Shown here: positions 1-10,855 of the stretch, piece after piece
How positions within the stretch are numbered: position 1 is the stretch's first letter
How the letters are laid out: each line of letters begins with the position of its first letter
NCBI GenBank assembly: GCA_963664815.2
Contig: CAXXHB010000003.1
Coordinates: 3,328,001 to 3,392,000, forward strand
DNA length: 64,000 nt
Origin: Spirochaetota bacterium
GTDB lineage: Bacteria; Spirochaetota; UBA4802; UBA5550
Direction of reading: 5' to 3'
Program-made: the position numbers and the translations under genes
Notes under the pieces: generated by a model
Database searches by the model: none
Told to the model about the DNA's origin: nothing
The model's input: only the letters and a program-made list of their open reading frames with translations

Positions 1-1
1 G

Positions 2-772
2 GGTGACGGAGAGTATATCGGTTCAGAAGGTTACGGTTTGGTCACGGAAGCCTCTTCGGCATGCGAGCTGATAGGTTTTATCGGCCTGAAACTCTGCAAC
101 AGGAGAGACCTGCTTAAAGCATATAATATCTCCGATCCTTTTTCCCGCAACTTCGTCCTTGCCGTTCTGTCAGGAATTATAGGCGATACAAAAATGGGGA
201 AATACCTTAAATCCAACCGTGAAAGAAAATATTACAGCATATTCAGTACAAAATATAACAACATACTGTTAAAGGAAACTACAAAAGACTCCAATTTTTC
301 CGATAAAAACCAGGTATATGATGAGCTTGAACGTCTTTCAAAAAATGAGGAAAGATGCTACAACTATATAATAAGTAAAAAAATGTTTTCCGGCTCAATC
401 GGTTATGTTGTTCTGGATCAGAACAGTATGGAATATCTTTTCAGGGAGTGCGGCAATGATACAGTAATTACAGTAACACGGACAATTGCCGACATACTCG
501 CAGAAGAAAGCGGCAAGCTGAGTCTCATTGCCTATTATGATAATCCTGAAATATCAGACCTTATCCAGTTTCGCATCAGGCGTGGAAAAAATTTCAAGAA
601 TTATGACCTCAGGGATATACTTAAGATTTTTGCTATTAAAAATGGCGGAGGGCATGAAGGCGCGATCGGATTTCGTATAACAAAAGGGAATATCAGTAAT
701 ATTGACAATTATGTATATAATCTTATTCAACGGATTGAAGAAGAAATTGCCGGGATAGATTTTTCAAAATAA
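2..772 (+). CDS. DHH/DHHA1-family phosphoesterase-like protein, 5'-truncated by the window edge
   Basis: Frame is open from position 2 (GDGEYIGSEGYGLVTEASSACELIG). Has a GIIGDT motif and a C-terminal DHHA1-type NGGGHEGAIG motif. Confidence 0.6.
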   Translation, partial: GDGEYIGSEGYGLVTEASSACELIGFIGLKLCNRRDLLKAYNISDPFSRNFVLAVLSGIIGDTKMGKYLKSNRERKYYSIFSTKYNNILLKETTKDSNFSDKNQVYDELERLSKNEERCYNYIISKKMFSGSIGYVVLDQNSMEYLFRECGNDTVITVTRTIADILAEESGKLSLIAYYDNPEISDLIQFRIRRGKNFKNYDLRDILKIFAIKNGGGHEGAIGFRITKGNISNIDNYVYNLIQRIEEEIAGIDFSK

Positions 773-773
773 C

Positions 774-1484
774 CTACTCGCCGTTCTCAACCCTGAAATA
801 AATTCTCTTCCACATATACTTGCCATCCTTATAGAAAGAAGTTATGTAAAAATCCTGATCCGTAGCCTTTTCAATAACGTTGAGACCAATCCGGTTTGAA
901 CCGTCAGCCAGCTTCAGGTTGCTGTCATGATCAAGAACAAGTTTTATATGACTATCTGAAATGAGATCATCCTTTTTCAGAACAGATTCATCAATTGAAT
1001 CGTAATTGTCAGGATTTTCATAATCTATATCTGAAAGCTTGTCGAGGTATTTATAGTAATCAAAAAAATCACCAAACTCCTCTATTGAGGCAGAAAAAAA
1101 ATCATTGCAGGGATATAATATTACATTGAAATAGCCGGCTGATTTCTTCTGCTCATTTACGTTGTGAACAATCTGTCTCAGCATTGAAAATTGCGTATTT
1201 ATAATAAGTTCATTCATTATAAAACGTATAAATTTCTTCTTTGTCCAGGGAAACTCTTCTGTAATTCTCTGTATCTCCTTATCAAATACCTTAAAATGCC
1301 TCTCCCCCAGGCCAAGAACATAAATATAAGGTTCAAATATGGTTCCGTCAGGGTAATACTTGGCGTTGTTCCTCAACTTGTTCGGCTGACTATTTAGTCT
1401 TTGCCTGTATCTGTAAGGCACAAGTTCATTAAGGTCTTCAGAGTCAGTCTGATCGCTATATTGATCACTATCGTTATTTAACAT
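774..1484 (-). CDS. Hypothetical protein, possibly a degenerate RsbW-like (HATPase_c) anti-sigma/ATP-binding fold
   Basis: 236 aa ORF. FIMNELIINT resembles an N-box and GSNRIGLNVIEKATD resembles a G2 box. Confidence 0.4.
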   Translation of the reverse strand: MLNNDSDQYSDQTDSEDLNELVPYRYRQRLNSQPNKLRNNAKYYPDGTIFEPYIYVLGLGERHFKVFDKEIQRITEEFPWTKKKFIRFIMNELIINTQFSMLRQIVHNVNEQKKSAGYFNVILYPCNDFFSASIEEFGDFFDYYKYLDKLSDIDYENPDNYDSIDESVLKKDDLISDSHIKLVLDHDSNLKLADGSNRIGLNVIEKATDQDFYITSFYKDGKYMWKRIYFRVENGE

Positions 1485-1882
1485 ATAAAAAAAACCGCCG
1501 GATATTCATATAAAACTGAAATAATTAATAAACCATTATCCCAGACCCTAATATTCCATCAACAATCTGTCAATGATTTTGCGGATACTTTATTTAACAC
1601 TAAAGTTGATGTATAAAAGGATGAGCCTACCATAGTTGAGAGCGCATTTTATTAAAACCTGATCTGAATTTTTATAATGAAGTCATTTTCAGAGTTCGTG
1701 CAGCATGCAGCTGCAGCTGATATTCATAAAAATACTTCATGAATATAATAGTAATAATTGACTTTTTTGAAGAATTATACCAAATATAAATAAGTCTTTT
1801 TAGCAGCTTGCTTTTGTGATAATATCATTTTCAGTTATAAAAATATTACTGTATAGAAATATCAGTACATTTAAAAAATTTT

Positions 1883-3193
1883 ATGATTAAAAATAATAAT
1901 TTAAAAATAACTATAATTACTTTAGCCATAGATGAAGAGGTTATCTCATGGCTGAATGAAATATGTGACATTGTTTTATACAAACCCGGAATTGAATATA
2001 AAATTAAAAACAGACCTGCTGCATTGATTATTGGATCTGATGCCCGGGATGAACATATTAAAGTGGTAACCGGGATTTATTCCGAATTACCGGTTTTATA
2101 CATCGGGAACCCTGAAAATTCACCTGCAGATATTAACGATATTATTTCACCCCCTTACAACGAAAAAAACCGCTCAGTTTTATACCAGAGATTAAAACTG
2201 CTCAATCAGTTATCAGCAGAAATTGTTTCTTTAAGACACAGGCTCCGCAACAGAGAATTATTCAATTCCATAATCGGGGAGAGCAGGCCCATGATGCAGT
2301 TTTTCTTCTCCATGGACAGGATTATCGATCTTAATGTAAATGTACTGATTATCGGCGAAAGCGGCACGGGAAAAGAGCTTATAGCCAGGGCAATTCATGA
2401 AGGGAGCAGCCACAAAGAAGGCCCTTTTGTAGCAGTGAACTGCGCAGGCATTACCCCGGATTTAGCTGACAGTCTCCTGTTCGGCCATGTCAAGGGTGCC
2501 TTTACAGGAGCAAATATTGAGCACTCAGGCTTCTTTGAACAGGCTGATAATGGTACAATTTTTCTTGATGAAATAGGGGAGCTGCATGTCGATGTACAGG
2601 CGAAGCTGCTGAGGGTAATAGAAGACGGCAAAGTAAGACGTGTCGGCGGCCGGTTCGAAAAGCTGATAAACTTCAGAATAATTTCAGCCACAAACCGTGA
2701 CCTTGAGGAAGAAGTTACAATGAAAAAATTCAGAAATGACCTCTATTTCAGACTTGAACAATTTACTCTCAAGGTACCTCCGCTTAGAGAAAGAGAAGGT
2801 GACATTAGAATACTGGCCTCTCATTTCCTGAGGGAGATCTGCTCATTTTATGAACTGGAAGAGATGACATTTTCTGAAGATGCATTGAAAAACCTTGAAT
2901 CACGCGAATGGCCGGGAAATGTCCGCGAACTCCGCTCCTGCGTTCAGAGACTTGCACTTCAGAACATGGACAGCATAATTGATAATATTGAAAATATTCA
3001 ACTGATAAGCCGGGATAACCGGATATCCGGAAAAAGTAACGATTCTGAAATCATCCCTCTCGAAGTACTTGAAAGGAGGGAGATAGAAAAAGCATTCCAT
3101 CATTTTAATGGCGAGATAGAGCGCGCTGCGCTTGCTCTGGGCACCAGCAGAGCAACATTATACAGAAAACTGAAACTTTATAAACTTATCTGA
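1883..3193 (+). CDS. Sigma54-dependent transcriptional activator (NtrC/Fis family)
   Basis: GESGTGKE Walker A, GAFTGA loop, FLDEIGEL Walker B, WPGNVREL motif, C-terminal Fis-type HTH. The N-terminal domain is a degenerate receiver-like region. Confidence 0.95.
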   Translation: MIKNNNLKITIITLAIDEEVISWLNEICDIVLYKPGIEYKIKNRPAALIIGSDARDEHIKVVTGIYSELPVLYIGNPENSPADINDIISPPYNEKNRSVLYQRLKLLNQLSAEIVSLRHRLRNRELFNSIIGESRPMMQFFFSMDRIIDLNVNVLIIGESGTGKELIARAIHEGSSHKEGPFVAVNCAGITPDLADSLLFGHVKGAFTGANIEHSGFFEQADNGTIFLDEIGELHVDVQAKLLRVIEDGKVRRVGGRFEKLINFRIISATNRDLEEEVTMKKFRNDLYFRLEQFTLKVPPLREREGDIRILASHFLREICSFYELEEMTFSEDALKNLESREWPGNVRELRSCVQRLALQNMDSIIDNIENIQLISRDNRISGKSNDSEIIPLEVLERREIEKAFHHFNGEIERAALALGTSRATLYRKLKLYKLI

Positions 3194-3202
3194 GTACAAA
3201 TC

Positions 3203-3248
3203 TGTCTCAAAATGAGATTTATTTCAAACTGAATCTTATTTTGAGACA
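3203..3248. promoter_or_regulatory. Tandem palindromic enhancer (UAS) sites, TCTCA-N3-TGAGA
   Basis: TCTCAAAATGAGA (3205-3217) and TCTTATTTTGAGA (3234-3246), about 90-130 bp upstream of a sigma54 promoter. Confidence 0.65.
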
Positions 3249-3337
3249 GGCACCTCCCTTAATTGTTAAATTATCCTTTAATTCTGCGCTTTTACCTTCA
3301 TTTCAGCTGTTTTGAAACCTTTTTTAAATACAATAAC

Positions 3338-3352
3338 TGGCATGGAACCTGC
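3338..3352 (+). promoter_or_regulatory. Sigma54 -24/-12 promoter
   Basis: TGGCATGGAACCTGC fits the TGGCAC-N5-TTGC spacing. It lies downstream of the activator gene and upstream of ATG 3405. Confidence 0.7.
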
Positions 3353-3404
3353 GTTATAAGTGTGTATAGCAGTAAAAAACTTAAAATTAAAATGGAGAGA
3401 CAAA

Positions 3405-4136
3405 ATGAAATCAAGAATATTATATTTAGCAGCAGGCGCAGTCATAATGTTGGTTATTCCTGTTTTTTCAGCAAGTCTGGATGATCTTCAGATCAGAAAA
3501 CTTACAGAGGACAGGATTAAGCTTTTCCCGGTTCCTTCGGATAATATCAACTATATTTTTCTGCAATCCATTGAGAATGATACGGCAATAGCTATAGGTG
3601 ATTTTTCCGGCCTGGAGAAAAAAATAATACTGATAATTGATAAGAACAGCGACAACATCATAGATTCAGTAATTGAATACTACCCCCTGACAGGTGATCT
3701 GAAAAAGAAAACTGATTCGCAATCAAAGTTTTTCACAAAAGATATTGCGAAACTGAAAAAAGATATTATTGAAGGATCTGTCTATAAAGGGAACTATACG
3801 GATAGTATGAAATCACTAAGGACACTGGAGAGCATATTAAACAGTCCTGATACAAATTCGTTATATGCGGAGGTGTATGGATTTAATATCAAGTTTTTTG
3901 AATCTGATGAAAGGCAGAAGAATTCGGCTCTGTTTTCATACGGGAAAAATGCAGGTGGATATTATCTTCAGTTTAAAACAGAGTATTACAGAAAAGACTT
4001 CAGCACTGTACAGAAACCTGTTTTTAAATATTCCGTATACTGCAGAGAATCGAACGATCCTGTTGTAAAGGAAACCGTTGAAAACCTTTTCAAAGTGAAA
4101 CAGCCTGGCGTTAATACGGCAAAAGCAGGGAAATAG
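3405..4136 (+). CDS. Secreted hypothetical protein
   Basis: GGAGAG RBS before ATG 3405 and an N-terminal signal peptide (MKSRILYLAAGAVIMLVIPVFSA). Confidence 0.75.
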   Translation: MKSRILYLAAGAVIMLVIPVFSASLDDLQIRKLTEDRIKLFPVPSDNINYIFLQSIENDTAIAIGDFSGLEKKIILIIDKNSDNIIDSVIEYYPLTGDLKKKTDSQSKFFTKDIAKLKKDIIEGSVYKGNYTDSMKSLRTLESILNSPDTNSLYAEVYGFNIKFFESDERQKNSALFSYGKNAGGYYLQFKTEYYRKDFSTVQKPVFKYSVYCRESNDPVVKETVENLFKVKQPGVNTAKAGK

Positions 4137-4147
4137 CCGGACATGAG

Positions 4148-4195
4148 AGTCTGTTATAATTTTTTAATTCAAGAGAAAATAGTTATAACAGGCTT
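4148..4195. terminator. Hairpin between convergent genes
   Basis: Imperfect inverted repeat AGTCTGTTATAA...TTATAACAGGCT. Confidence 0.4.
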
Positions 4196-4201
4196 TTCTA
4201 T

Positions 4202-5116
4202 TTAAATCCAGTCATTTATTGATAAACCCAAACCTATACTGTTTTCAAGGTATGTATACTCCAGCATGCTTTGCCCGTACCCGTGAAAATATGTAAAATA
4301 TAATCTTAACCTGTCAATGACAGGATAGCTCCATCCAAGCCTGACAGATGGACGTTTAAAATAACTTTCAATAAAATTATATGATTCCAGAGAAAACACA
4401 TTTTCTTTTATTTTATAAGCTATAATAATATTACCATATCCGAGGTATTCAGCTATATCCGGATTAGTTCTTTCTTTTTTAGCATTTAGCTGGTACCAAA
4501 AATTCAGGGTAGTCATCCAGCTGCTGCCTGAAAAAATAAATCTGGTATAAACCCGGTTCCATGAACGTTCTGTCTGTCCACCCCGCCCATTGGACTGGTG
4601 TACAGCTCCTAATGATGAGTAAAAATTTGAGCTGAATTTACGCTCCAGAAATATTTCCGGCTGATAATTTGTTTCCCTGAAATAAGGGTCGTTAGTGTAA
4701 TACTGCCAGAATGAAAGCTGTGTATATGCAATCTTCAGATTAGTTTCTGAATCAAAAATATCCATGAAAACCGGAATACTGAAACTTATCTGAAACTTAA
4801 CTTCAGAGGAATTTAATGGTCTTTTACTGTTTTCAGGTATTAACTTATTCTGCGAATAATAATCACTGTACGGTTTGAATGTATAATGGAAAGGCATCAG
4901 GTAATTCGGGTAATATAAAGCAACCCCGAACAGGTTCTGATCCGTCTGCTGCTGAAATTGAGAACGGGTGTCATAAGCTGACTGATTCTCTTTTTTATCA
5001 GGTATATTCACATCCTCAGAATATATATCTGCTTTAAAAAATAAAGATATTGATAATACAAACATCAAACATAGGAACCACATCTCCGGTTCTTTTTTCA
5101 AAGTATTATTTCTCAT
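4202..5116 (-). CDS. pldA: Outer membrane phospholipase A (OMPLA)
   Basis: EVKFQISF, YTQLSFWQ, FRETNYQPE, the catalytic HQSNG...RSWNR motif, GYGQSMLEY, C-terminal NDWI. Confidence 0.92.
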   Translation of the reverse strand: MRNNTLKKEPEMWFLCLMFVLSISLFFKADIYSEDVNIPDKKENQSAYDTRSQFQQQTDQNLFGVALYYPNYLMPFHYTFKPYSDYYSQNKLIPENSKRPLNSSEVKFQISFSIPVFMDIFDSETNLKIAYTQLSFWQYYTNDPYFRETNYQPEIFLERKFSSNFYSSLGAVHQSNGRGGQTERSWNRVYTRFIFSGSSWMTTLNFWYQLNAKKERTNPDIAEYLGYGNIIIAYKIKENVFSLESYNFIESYFKRPSVRLGWSYPVIDRLRLYFTYFHGYGQSMLEYTYLENSIGLGLSINDWI

Positions 5117-5338
5117 CTATACCCTCAGAAATTTTTTAACATAAAAAACTCTATTCACTCCAAAACCTCTGGCAGAAGAGATATATAAAGAGATATATAA
5201 TAGTTATTTTTTATCCTGAAAACTACGTTAAGGAATTATTACCGATTTTTTATCAATTAAAACTACATAAAAATATTTATAAAAATCAGCCGACATTCAT
5301 AAGATATAAAAGAATTTTGCCATCAGCAAATATTTTTT

Positions 5339-6358
5339 TCAATAAGACACTGAAAGTCCTGCGGATATTAAGCTTTTATCAGAATACTGTGTTGAGGACC
5401 TTCCTGTAACAGTATTTTTTGTCTTTGAAGGGAAATTACTGTATGTATAATCAGCAAATAATTTATAGTAATCAAAAAATTTAAACCGAACTCCAGTATT
5501 AAACCCATACAAGGCATTCTGTTTATCATCAAGCCCAACATTGAATCCCAGTGAGACTTTAAATACTTTTAAAGGTTTATAATCAACACTGCCGCCGATT
5601 GTCGTGTCACCGGCATTTTTGCTCTTTTTTTTATTTATGTAAGTATAATTTTTCCTGTTTAAAGAGAGGCCCAGTTCAATTTCCCTGTTCAGTGAATAAT
5701 CTGATCCAAAATTCAACCCGTAACTCCGGTTTTCTACAGAAGATTTTATTAAATATTTTTCTGTGTTATAATCTATTCCGCCGGTAAATGATAATGGATC
5801 CAGATCACAGGTAATATCTGCAGATGCATCGTTTGATTTATAAGAACTCCCTCCAAAGAGATAATTATATTCAACATCTATATCGAGATTATCTTCAGGA
5901 TGAAGAGTCAGAATTAAACCCTGTGAATAAATTGAATTATTAGTCGTGTTATTTGAATTATCCTTAAGCTGATAATCCCGTATATAAGTATACTCAGGAT
6001 CTGCTTCAATAAAACCAAAATCGAGGTTCAGATCCGTATTCAGTTTCTTATAAGTTGAACCTTCTGAACCGGAGGATCTGTCTATTTCAACACCGGCAGT
6101 AAATGTCCAGATTTTATCCTCTTCATCGATATTGCTGCCCTGAATGTCTCTATTGTTGCCATCTGCCGGTAGTGGAGTAAGAATAACTGCAATTAACAAA
6201 AAAAGATAAAATAATTTTATCATCATCCACCAGTATTCATACTGCTTTTTATTGATCTCCTGCTGATTCATTACAACATTCTCTTTCTCTTTATTACTTT
6301 TTCTTGATGATCTATTACTATAACTCTTTCTTTGCATTATCATAACAGGGTTTACCAA
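5339..6358 (-). CDS. Putative outer-membrane beta-barrel protein (true start probably downstream, near MMMIKLF)
   Basis: Signal-peptide-like segment, alternating beta-strand pattern, C-terminal aromatic residue (GLSVSY). Confidence 0.55.
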   Translation of the reverse strand: MVNPVMIMQRKSYSNRSSRKSNKEKENVVMNQQEINKKQYEYWWMMIKLFYLFLLIAVILTPLPADGNNRDIQGSNIDEEDKIWTFTAGVEIDRSSGSEGSTYKKLNTDLNLDFGFIEADPEYTYIRDYQLKDNSNNTTNNSIYSQGLILTLHPEDNLDIDVEYNYLFGGSSYKSNDASADITCDLDPLSFTGGIDYNTEKYLIKSSVENRSYGLNFGSDYSLNREIELGLSLNRKNYTYINKKKSKNAGDTTIGGSVDYKPLKVFKVSLGFNVGLDDKQNALYGFNTGVRFKFFDYYKLFADYTYSNFPSKTKNTVTGRSSTQYSDKSLISAGLSVSY

Positions 6359-6686
6359 TGATTGAACCTGCTTTTTGATATATCCTGAGTATAATTAATA
6401 TCGCCGGGAAGCAGAGTCATTAACTTGAATTAAATATTTTATACTATTTCTAAATATATATGAATGCAGATTGTAATTCAATAAATTTATGGATGTCTCA
6501 CTTCAAATCGATTTGGATTATTCAGGGATTAAAGCAGACATGAGAACAGGACTTCGAAGCATTAAGTGATTGCTTTTTTAATTATTATTTAGTAAAATAA
6601 TAATATATGGGGCTGTAAGATTTTTATATTCACTGTTGTTTTTTATATTTTTAATATTATATATTTTCGCACCGGAGTAATTATAT

Positions 6687-7886
6687 TTGAAAAAGTCAGT
6701 CATTATAGCAGCTGTTTGCCTTTTTATATCATTTATCTTTGCCGGTAATTTTGTTCACGCAAAACCTCCCTTACCGCCGTCTGACAGTACTGATATTGTT
6801 GATGTTCAGAAGAATGAGGCTGCCGGCACACAGGACAAATCGGTCGAGGCCTTTCCAGATGGAGAAACCCTTACCCTTTTGTTTATAGGCGATATCATGG
6901 GGCACATAAGTCAGATACGCTCAGCCATGCAACCCGACGGTGCAACGTACGATTACGCCTCATGTTTTGATTATATCAGGGATGATATCTCGGCTGCGGA
7001 TCTGGCCATCGCCAATCTGGAAGTGACTCTGGCCGGCCCGCCATACACAGGTTATCCTGTATTCAGTTCACCTGATGCACTTGCCTCTGCATGCAAAGAT
7101 GCAGGTATAGATGTGCTGGTTACTGCCAACAACCATTGTGTCGACAGAGGGAAAAAAGGTCTTGAGCGAACCATTGAAATCCTGGACAGCTTAGATATTC
7201 CCCATACCGGTACATTTTTATCCTCTGCCGACAAAAAAAATAAAACACCGCTCATTATCGAAAAGAACAACTTCAAAATTGCCCTGGTCAGCTACACATC
7301 TGAAACCAACGATATTCCTGTACCCAGATCATCTTTTGTTAACATCATCAAAGTCAAAAGGCTTAAGGCCGATATTGCCAGAGCTAAACAAGCAAAACCT
7401 GATGCTGTAATTCTGTTTTTTCATTGGGGCGTAGAAATGCAGAACAAACCTGACGCCGGTCAGACGGCATTAGCCGATTTATGCTTTAATGCCGGCGCAG
7501 ACATCATTATCGGCTCTCACCCTCACGTAGTCCAGAAAAGCATCTGGGTAAACAAACACGGCAGCAGGCGGTTTGTGGCTTATTCGCTTGGAAACTTTAT
7601 TTCAAATCAAACGACACCGAAAACTGACGGAGGCCAGATGATTCAACTTACACTGTCAAAAAAAAACGGGATTACAACGGTTTCGAAAGCGAACTATATG
7701 CTCACCTGGGTTTATAGCCCTGATGTTGACTTTAAAAAACAGTTTTATATTCTTCCGTGCAGAGATTTTGAAAACCGTCCGGAGTTTTTTATAGCCCGCG
7801 AGTATTATGACCGGATGAAAAATTTTATCAGCGAATCAAGAAAACTGCTGGATGAGCAGAATGAAAATGTTGAAGAGATAAAATAA
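6687..7886 (+). CDS. CapA/PGA_cap family metallophosphoesterase
   Basis: GDIMGH, NLEVT, ANNHCVD, HWGVE, GSHPHV and YSLGNF motifs, plus a signal peptide. Confidence 0.9.
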   Translation: MKKSVIIAAVCLFISFIFAGNFVHAKPPLPPSDSTDIVDVQKNEAAGTQDKSVEAFPDGETLTLLFIGDIMGHISQIRSAMQPDGATYDYASCFDYIRDDISAADLAIANLEVTLAGPPYTGYPVFSSPDALASACKDAGIDVLVTANNHCVDRGKKGLERTIEILDSLDIPHTGTFLSSADKKNKTPLIIEKNNFKIALVSYTSETNDIPVPRSSFVNIIKVKRLKADIARAKQAKPDAVILFFHWGVEMQNKPDAGQTALADLCFNAGADIIIGSHPHVVQKSIWVNKHGSRRFVAYSLGNFISNQTTPKTDGGQMIQLTLSKKNGITTVSKANYMLTWVYSPDVDFKKQFYILPCRDFENRPEFFIAREYYDRMKNFISESRKLLDEQNENVEEIK

Positions 7887-7893
7887 TCCGCTA

Positions 7894-9105
7894 TTAATCA
7901 AACTTTATTTTCGGGAAAAGAGAGATCAGTTCCGGCCTGTATTCAAAATGCATTGTGTCATATCTGTCCCAGTGACCGCCCCAGATAAATCCCTCTTCAC
8001 GAAAAATCTTCACTACCGGATCCGGCGGCGTCCAGAGACTGTTTTGAGGAATGAGCATCCAGTCCCTGTTTTTCTCCTGTTCCCATGACCAGTAGATTGT
8101 TTTTTTATGATACTTTTTAGGAAGTATATCAATAGCTATTCCGTAGGAGTGATTGCTCATGCGCTCGGCTCCTGCAATTGTTCGCCAGCTGAAAGCCTCT
8201 ACGCTCCCTATGTTTTTTAAAAAACTTCGGACTTCGGAGTCAGTCTTTGCAAGCTGTTTTATCTTTGAATCTATTAATCTTATTTTCTCTGTGAGTTTAT
8301 GATTTACGGTTATGTAATGTCCCGACAGTTTTACTTCATCAAGCTGTTTCTTTGCACTCTTTTTTGTTGTAATTGCAAACAGTTCCCTGTAAAACCCACC
8401 CTCTACACCCGGGACAATTTTTCTCTTTTTGACAGGGTGTTTTTTTACACGCAGCTTTTCAATCTTTTCTTCGGTATATGATTCAGGGGATCGTCCATTC
8501 ATATTATACGGACTTATCGAATAAGTGATATATTTATCAGACTTCGTCAACTCCGATTCAGGAAGTATTTTACCACCCGCCCAGTAATAAATATGTCCGT
8601 TTGCAAATTTTACAATCCAGTCGCTCTCCCCCCTGTACACATCAGTTATCAGATCAGGGTATGCCTCTTTATATGCATTTAGTATAGTTTCAGGATAATC
8701 AAATATATCTTCAGCCTTTATGTGAGGCTCCACTTTTTTATCCGGAGTACTGTCTTCATTTTTAATTCCGGGATCGTTCTTGTCTGTATTTTCCGGAGTA
8801 ATTCCCATTGGACTTTTGGATGCGTCACTCTTTTTATCCGTGGCACTCTTTTCAACTTCAGCCCCCGCAGTATCCTGATCTTTGATAACAGGTTTAACTT
8901 CAATCGAAGTTGTGAGTGCATCATTCTTTTCATCTGTGGGATTTTTTTTCTCTGCAACAGGAGTTTTTTCATCAGTAACTGCAATTTTATCTGTTTTTGT
9001 TTTGGCGCTGAGTCTGTCACGATTGTTTAAACCTGCGGTAATTATAATAATAAGAATAAAGGCCGCTATCCTGAGGATAAATATTTTATCTTTTCTATTA
9101 CTCAT
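7894..9105 (-). CDS. M15-family peptidoglycan peptidase
   Basis: R...SNHSYGIAID, WGGHW and DTMHFEYRPE motifs, with a signal/anchor and a low-complexity linker. Confidence 0.85.
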   Translation of the reverse strand: MSNRKDKIFILRIAAFILIIIITAGLNNRDRLSAKTKTDKIAVTDEKTPVAEKKNPTDEKNDALTTSIEVKPVIKDQDTAGAEVEKSATDKKSDASKSPMGITPENTDKNDPGIKNEDSTPDKKVEPHIKAEDIFDYPETILNAYKEAYPDLITDVYRGESDWIVKFANGHIYYWAGGKILPESELTKSDKYITYSISPYNMNGRSPESYTEEKIEKLRVKKHPVKKRKIVPGVEGGFYRELFAITTKKSAKKQLDEVKLSGHYITVNHKLTEKIRLIDSKIKQLAKTDSEVRSFLKNIGSVEAFSWRTIAGAERMSNHSYGIAIDILPKKYHKKTIYWSWEQEKNRDWMLIPQNSLWTPPDPVVKIFREEGFIWGGHWDRYDTMHFEYRPELISLFPKIKFD

Positions 9106-9720
9106 AAATTGTTCTGTAAGTTCCCCTGAAAATTCAAATCTTCATTGCCATAAAGAAATATGAAACTGTAAATAATCACTCCGGCGATTCCGGCAGGACA
9201 TCATCTGCACAATGAGTGTGTATCCCTATGGAATATCCGGTATCAACTTCTGCACTTCTTATCATCGTACTGTCTTTTGTCAGCAGATTTTTTAAAGAAA
9301 AAAATATTACTGATACTTATAATTCGAGATTAATTTCAAAAGGATCAATTATATTTTTAAATCCTGATTATTTTTTTAAATACCGGATTTCCCTATAATT
9401 AATATTCAGCATAATGGCTTATGGAGAATGTTGACCGATCAAAGCTTTTTAATACAATTTTGAACTTTTCATTCACAGTAAATGTTCGTCAAGCCTTCCC
9501 GCTCATCTTAATCACCCGCAAATTCCGGACATTGGAAAGACAAAGCTGAATTAGCAAATAAGGCCTCTGAATTTCTGACAATCATCATGTAAATATTTCT
9601 GCAGATTCACACTCTAACGCCTGCAGCAAATATTAACTCAATGTTAAATATTGTCCTGTGCGGGATTTTCTGTTTGCCTCATCATCATACGTATGTATGC
9701 ATACCACCATGGGGTGATGT

Positions 9721-10419
9721 ATGAAAAGAATTCATGTTTTCCAGCATGTACCATTTGAAACTCCGGGCTGTATCATCAACTGGGCCAATGATATGGGGTA
9801 TCCTATCACATATACCCGCTTTTATAACAAAGAACCTCTCCCCGGGATGGATGATATAGACTGGCTTGTAGTTATGGGGGGGCCAATGTCTGTCCATGAC
9901 ACTTCAATCTACCAATGGATGGCAGATGAAAAAAAATTTATTGCATCTGCCATAGCTTCATCAAAAAGAGTTCTCGGAATCTGTCTCGGTTCACAACTTA
10001 TAGCGGATGTTCTTGGCGGCAGGGTAACAAAAAATAACGGGAAGGAAATAGGATGGCACAGAATATTCAGGACCGATGAAGTTTCAGAAGGCAGTATTTT
10101 CGATAAAATACCTGACGGAATGCACGTTTTTCACTGGCATGGAGAAACCTTTGATATTCCCCCCGGTTCTGTTCATGGATTGACCTCTGACTGCTGCAGG
10201 AACCAGGCTTTCGTGTTTAAAGACAGAGTGGTAGGCCTTCAGTTTCACACTGAAATTACACCGCATCTTCTTCATAACATGATCGACAACTGCCGGGATG
10301 AACTTATCCCGTCTGAATTTGTTCAGAGTGAAGAGCAGATAATAAACGGCATGAATCACATAAGGGAAAACAACAACATCATGTATTCTATACTCGATGA
10401 ACTGGATACAGTCGTGTAG
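9721..10419 (+). CDS. Type 1 glutamine amidotransferase-like protein
   Basis: QHVPFE, MGGPMS, GICLGSQL nucleophile elbow and QFHTE. Confidence 0.9.
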   Translation: MKRIHVFQHVPFETPGCIINWANDMGYPITYTRFYNKEPLPGMDDIDWLVVMGGPMSVHDTSIYQWMADEKKFIASAIASSKRVLGICLGSQLIADVLGGRVTKNNGKEIGWHRIFRTDEVSEGSIFDKIPDGMHVFHWHGETFDIPPGSVHGLTSDCCRNQAFVFKDRVVGLQFHTEITPHLLHNMIDNCRDELIPSEFVQSEEQIINGMNHIRENNNIMYSILDELDTVV

Positions 10420-10486
10420 AATAATATTTTACTCCACCTCTTCAGCAAAGAGCAGCTCCCGCTGACAGAAGATTTATAAACCTGCA

Positions 10487-10744
10487 ATGATTATGACACT
10501 AATAAAAGAGATCGGAGACGTTTCAAAACTGGTGGAAGCAAACCGGTCAAGGGTTTCCAGTGGTGTATATATTTCACATGATATTGAAATAATGTCCGAG
10601 GAGATAATTGAACTGATAAAAAAGGGGAAGGAAAATATAGCTTCTGTATACGATTCAGCACATACTCAGAAACACACGATGTCTGAACTTTCTGATATGA
10701 GTCACCATATGACTGATTCATCATTTTATGTTATAAAAAATTAA
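10487..10744 (+). pseudogene. Probable methyl-accepting chemotaxis protein C-terminal remnant
   Basis: 85 aa heptad-like sequence (IKEIGDVSKLVEANRSRVSSG) resembling the post-hairpin MCP helix. No N-terminal part is present. Confidence 0.35.
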
Positions 10745-10855
10745 GGAATAATTATTGAAATTATTTATATATTTTTACAGAAAGTACCCGATTTTAATTG
10801 CATTTAATCAACTGAATTTAAAATATGAAAATCAATAAAATTAAAGGATAATATT

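Noticed and set aside
9110-9700. Possible gene remnants in long intergenic gaps (also 29450-29870 and 27550-27990)
   Set aside because: I could not assign a convincing protein or RNA family by eye.
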